This document shows, piece by piece, positions 50,201 through 56,200 of a stretch of 64,000 nt of DNA. The notes beneath the pieces were generated by a model, which made no database searches, had not been told where the DNA came from, and saw only the letters and a program-made list of their open reading frames with translations. Numbering within the stretch: the stretch's first letter is position 1; each line of letters begins with the position of its first letter. The translations under genes were made by a program, and so were the position numbers. The DNA comes from Candidatus Woesearchaeota archaeon (GTDB taxonomy: Archaea > Nanobdellota > Nanobdellia > Woesearchaeales > JAIPIC01): assembly GCA_021734865.1 (NCBI GenBank), contig JAIPIC010000001.1, positions 4,166 to 68,165 of the forward strand, given 5' to 3'.

Positions 50201-53200
50201 TATCCCAATTAATGTATCTGTATATAATACAGGAATTTTCAGATCATATGTATTTGCTAATGCAACTAACGAAGTGTGCCTAGATCCTACATTATGTATT
50301 GATACAATGCCTTTTGATATTACGGTGTTCAAAGAATTGTCTGTCGAACATTATCAACCAGTAAATGGGCGGATAATGAGACAAAGTGGTGAAAATGGTC
50401 TGCTAAAAATATACTGTCAGGTATCACATACGTATGATGGAGAGCAAATTGATGAGACATATAATGTTAAACTTATCGATAATGCAACATCCAATGAGAC
50501 AATATACTGGGATGAGACAGGCCCAACAGTATTTGGAAAGGTTGCAAGATTTGACTATGATATGACACAAGAAGAAGTGGGCCCGCATAACTTTTCTTGT
50601 ATAATTTACGACAATCTCAGCATGTATTACCTTGTTAATCAGGAACTTAATATTTCAAGTACTCAGGCAGATTTAGTTGGTGTGATTAACCACACGATAA
50701 ATAGAACACTCAATTCAGATGCAGTGTATTGGTCAGATAACCATGAGAAAAATACTACAGCTCTCAGAATGGACATATTTGATGAATTTGGTGAACCAAT
50801 CCAAGGTGCCAGCATTTTATTCAAATCAAATGCTACTCCGACCGGAGCTTATAACACTATTGGTTCTTGCATCACGGAATCTGGAGGAAATTGTACATTC
50901 ATATGGAATCCAGATGTGATTAAGCAAGATACATACACAATCAATTATACAATATATAAAAGTGAATATTATGAACCCAGAAACGTAAATGGATCAATCA
51001 ATATAACGGTTTATGGACATTTAAATATCAGTATTATTGATTCAGGGAACACAATAATTTACAGAGATAACAATCATAGTGAGGGTTCACCAACAAATAC
51101 CACGATTGTCATTCAAGTGAACGAAACGAATGTTCCTATTGAAAATGGAATGGTGTACTTCTATTATCAGAACACGACACAAGAGATTGGTGTCTGCACC
51201 ACGAATGCTTCAGGTATGTGTCAATTCTATTGGGATCCTAATTCAACTATCAATCCTGGAACAGTAAATATTTCCATGGTAGCAGTAAGTCCGCTTTATA
51301 CTAACTCATCCATGAAAAATATCGAGATTGACATATGGGCACACAATAAAATTGAATGGTTGGAACCAGATCAAAATATACTTTTGAATGATTCAATACC
51401 AATGTCATTGTACTATTTCAATCTAAGTGTTGGCGTGCGATGGAGTCAGAATAACGAATACATATCTAATTATGATTTCCCATTGGAAATGTATAGGCTT
51501 GAACCGTACTCGTTCCAAAATGATGTCGTATTCAACAATAGTCCTGTTATTAATGAACAGGAAATTGATTGGTCTTTCAGTGAAGTTTATGGAAGTGTCA
51601 CAGATATGGATGATGGCTCAATGAACATTACAACTTCTGAACTACTTTTCAAGGTCAGATCTGAATATCTGACAGAGGCTCTTACTGGTTATGATATAAT
51701 CAGAGTAAATATCAGTGAAATTGTGACCAATATGGATTGGGGTCTTGAAATATATAATGGAACTAACTGGGTACAAATAATTGATTATAACCAAAATAAT
51801 TCATATGATGTCAATATATCCAATAAGAACATTCAAGGTATTGGAATAATTGCTAGGTCGCTAAATAGTCTTGAAAAAACTATGACTGTAGAAAATATTA
51901 CCTTAATAAATAATGTATATACAAAGATTACTCCAATAGGGGCTGAATACATTGTTAATGAGAATGACACAGCATCAAATTCAGCTGGTGATATGGAAAA
52001 TCTGGGACAATTAATACCAAAGAGTGTCAATCATGGATGGTATAGCTCAGAGAATATTGAGGCAAAAAGGAATGATAATTACACATACACATATGCAGAT
52101 AATTTTTCTATGTTGATCAATCTTACTGGATTTGTACCTGCTGAAACTGGTTATGTTGCTTGGCACTACAATTATTCACTTATCAATGCATATAATGTAT
52201 CTGATTATGAAAAGATTGGCTTATCATTGTATATCCCTGCAAATTCATCTTACATGACACATAGTCTGTCTTTAGGAGATGACAATGCTCCAAATCCAAA
52301 TTATGCAACATATACTTTATTGGGAGAAGAAGGTTGGAATAATTTCATGGTAAATCTGTCTTATTTTACGGATAGAGGTGTTGATATTTCTGCGATAAGG
52401 TTCATAAATATCTCATTTACAAATGATGACACTGGAATTGAAGAATATCAAGGTAATTATTACCTTGACCAAGTCATATTCATAAAGAACATAACTTCTG
52501 TCAATGGGGTTCCAACAACTCCATGGAAACTACCTGAAGCAGGATATTATAAATTCTATGCGCGGCTACCGTACAAAAATTACTTCAATTCGTCGGTCAG
52601 AGAAGTGTATCAGACAGTCAATTTTGAAAGCAAGGAAGGGGGAGATCAAGGAGAAACTCAAGACAATCAATCTTCAGAATTTGATCTGGCTGGACTAATA
52701 TCAGGAGCAGAAGTTACATCATTTGAGGTTTGGCCTATTAATCAAAGATTAATTATTCCTGAAAACAGCACGGGCTTTCTTTACAACCTGAGCATCTACA
52801 GTGTTACAAACCTAAACCTCACATTAAATCTCAGTGCACCTCATGAGATTCTGTACCTGAATAATGCAACTAATGATGAGTACTACTTAACATTAATGCC
52901 TGGACAGTTAATTGAGATACCAATATATTTCAACACATCTAACAAGACAGAAGCTTACGACAGTCCAACAAGAGAAAACATCATTATCACCTCAGATGAC
53001 ACTAAGGAAGTAGTTATTTCTGAAGAGGAATTAAATCTTAGGAACGTATTTGGCAAAATTATAACTCCAAATTCAGTTCAGACTACATCAGCAATAGAAA
53101 AAGAGGATATCATTAATGTACGTATGAATTTAAGCTATGATGGAAGTTCATCACTTGAAGACACTCAAAATATCTCATTTGATTTACTTGTCGCTGATCT

Positions 53201-56200
53201 CAAATGCGAACAAACAAGTAAAACAAGGGATATTGCTTCAGGTACATGGGATATAACCTGCAAGGCACCTGAGATTCTATATAATCCTATACTCAATGAT
53301 CTTGAGCTTATTGTTTATCTTGACAATATAAGTTCAGATGGGATGGTTGGGAGAGGAAGTATCATTGACATAGAGGATAATGCAATTTTGTATAAGGATA
53401 TTTTGCCTCCTGTTTTCCATAATGTAAATATCTCAGTTGAGGATTTGAACACAGATAGGTTAGTCAGAGCAAATATCACTGATAATTCTCAAATCGATGA
53501 AGTCATCTCCTATCTCATGAACCCATCCGCTGAAATGGAACAGACTCAATTTACTGATGGTGACACAGTAGATTTCTTATTCAATGGAAGTCTTCAAAAT
53601 ATTACTAGTGTGCAGTTACCTGTAAATGCTACAGTAACAGGAGCAGTATTTAGAATAAATGTGTCTCCATTGGATATGGAATATTTAAGCAATATTAATA
53701 TCAGCGTAGGAGATGAAGTGATTTGGAGTCATGAAGGTTATCTTGGTAAACAATCAGAAATTCAGGCATATGAAAATGGAGAGTTTGTGGATAAATCAGA
53801 TGTTCTTGTCGAAGATCTTCAGGAACAGCTTTATCTTAAGCTTCCAAGAGGTGCCATGGTAACTGGAGTTGAATTAAATCTTACTGGAGAAACAGATCAA
53901 GAAGTCCTTGAACGCCCTGTTGGAATAAGTAGGGACAGTGATGGATATTTGTATATTGTTGATAATTACAAAAGTAAGATATTTGTCCTCAATCCGGATC
54001 TAACATACAATAGTACAATGGGAAGGTATGGAAGTGATACTGCAAGTCTGGATCATCCTGAAAATATTGATATAGACAATCTGAATCAGGTATATATTGC
54101 AGACAGGAATAATAATAGGATTCAAGTTTTAGGGTCAAGGAATGGGTCGGACCAAGTAAGTTATTTTGGAGAAGGGCAAGAATATTCTGGTAAGATGGAT
54201 TCAACAACAATAAATGTTGGTTATATTTCAAATGTTTCAGAATCCGGACTGTACGTAAGTCCAATCCATGGTGTATCTAGTTTAAGTGACTCAAAGGTAA
54301 AAGAGGGTAATACGTCATTATTGACTACTATGGATGTGATGAATAATTATGATCAGTATAATATCACTTGGTTCTTTGCTGATCAGTCCTTTGATCTTAA
54401 CTCTTATGATGAGATTAATCTATATGTATATCTAAATACTGAAGGTATAAATTTAACATTAAATATCAGCGATGTTGAGGGGTGTGTCTATAAGTATAAT
54501 GTACCTTATGTTACCGATGAATGGTCAAAAGTCTCAGTTGATCTCCTTAACTATTCAGTTGAAGGTTGTGATCTCTCAAGGATAAATGAATTGCGAATAA
54601 TTGCGCAGAGCAATACAGACAGTTTGACAAATGTCGAGTTTTACCTTGATAATGTTACATTAATTGATATCTATGATCCTTTCACCTTCAAAAGAACTCT
54701 ACTGTCTCACAATGAGACAATGAATTATCCAAGGGGCGTTCATTATGGATCCGATGGGCAAACTTATGTGGCAGACACATTTAATGATAAAATTAGAGTA
54801 TTCAACAGCAGTTCTGATGAAGCTTACACTCTGCAAAATGATATTGATCTAATGTATCTTCCTTCGGATGTCTTAACAGATAATGGACTGATATATATTG
54901 CAGAGTCAGGTAATAATAAGATAAAGGTTTATAATTATTCCAATGGTACTACGACAGAAGTAAGGTCTCTTGGACAAGAATCACCAGAAAGATACAACTT
55001 CAGCAGTCCAAGAGATATCGAAATCAGTGATGAATTACTGTACGTGCTTGATTCATATAATAATAGGGTCCAAATATTCTCATTGGACTCTGAGTTTAGT
55101 TACTACGCTTCCATTGAGCTTAATTTCTCAAGGCCTCAGGGATTGTATGTAGACGATCAATCAGTAATAATTGCAGATACATATGGCGGACGAGTGGTAA
55201 TTTTCAACAAGGTTGGCGGCGGCTATGTATATAATACTACTATTGATATGTTCGGTGAATTCTATCCTACAGGAATTAAGGTAGACATTGGATCCGATGA
55301 AGGCGAGTTCTATGGTAATTTTGTCAATCTTGAGTACTATAATCAATATTGGCTCGACAACAAAGTATCAATCAATGATAATGGGACGGTCAATGCAATA
55401 AATGCATATATTTCAGATTGTGATATGATCAGTGACACTGCAGGATATCAGTACTGCCTTGTACCAATCAATATAAGCTGTCAAACGACTGGAAAACTAA
55501 ATCTCTCTGATTTATTAGTACAATATGATTATATCAGTGAAACAAAGCAACTTAGAAACGCCTTTAATGATTATTTGTATTCTGTTAGTGGCTTAAATGA
55601 TGATTTTGTGAATGTCAATATAACTGTCAATGTCAATGGAAGCGGAATATTTGTGATAGATAGGCTGTCTCTTCAATATGCTGAAGAAAATACTGAGAAT
55701 TCATACAACTTAAATCAAGAAGACCTTTATGAATCGTCATTAATAAATCTGGATGAGTCCGGTGAATACACCTTATTGATTTATGCGACCGATGCAGCTG
55801 GACAAAAAGATTCATTCAGAAAGTGGTTTGACAATGAGAAGTTGCTGACTTTAAGTAATGAGATTGTCAGTAATTCAAACAATATATCTGTGCTAATGGA
55901 CTTCATGAGACCAAAGACAAATGAGAGTATGTATAGATTCATGGCCAATAACAGTAATGTTACCGTAAATGGGTCAATATACAATAGATCCTACAATATC
56001 CAGTTAAATATAAGCCTGCCAACAATATATAATCATGAGATTGCCATTGATGAGCAATACGTTGAGATCAAGGACGCTGAGCTTAACATTGAAATTGATA
56101 ATGAAACAAATGAGTCAATAGTCCGCGATCCTATCAAGGTTAAGGCAGTAAGCTTGAACACTCTCTACCTTCCGCTTACAATAAAGGGCTTTGAAGATGA

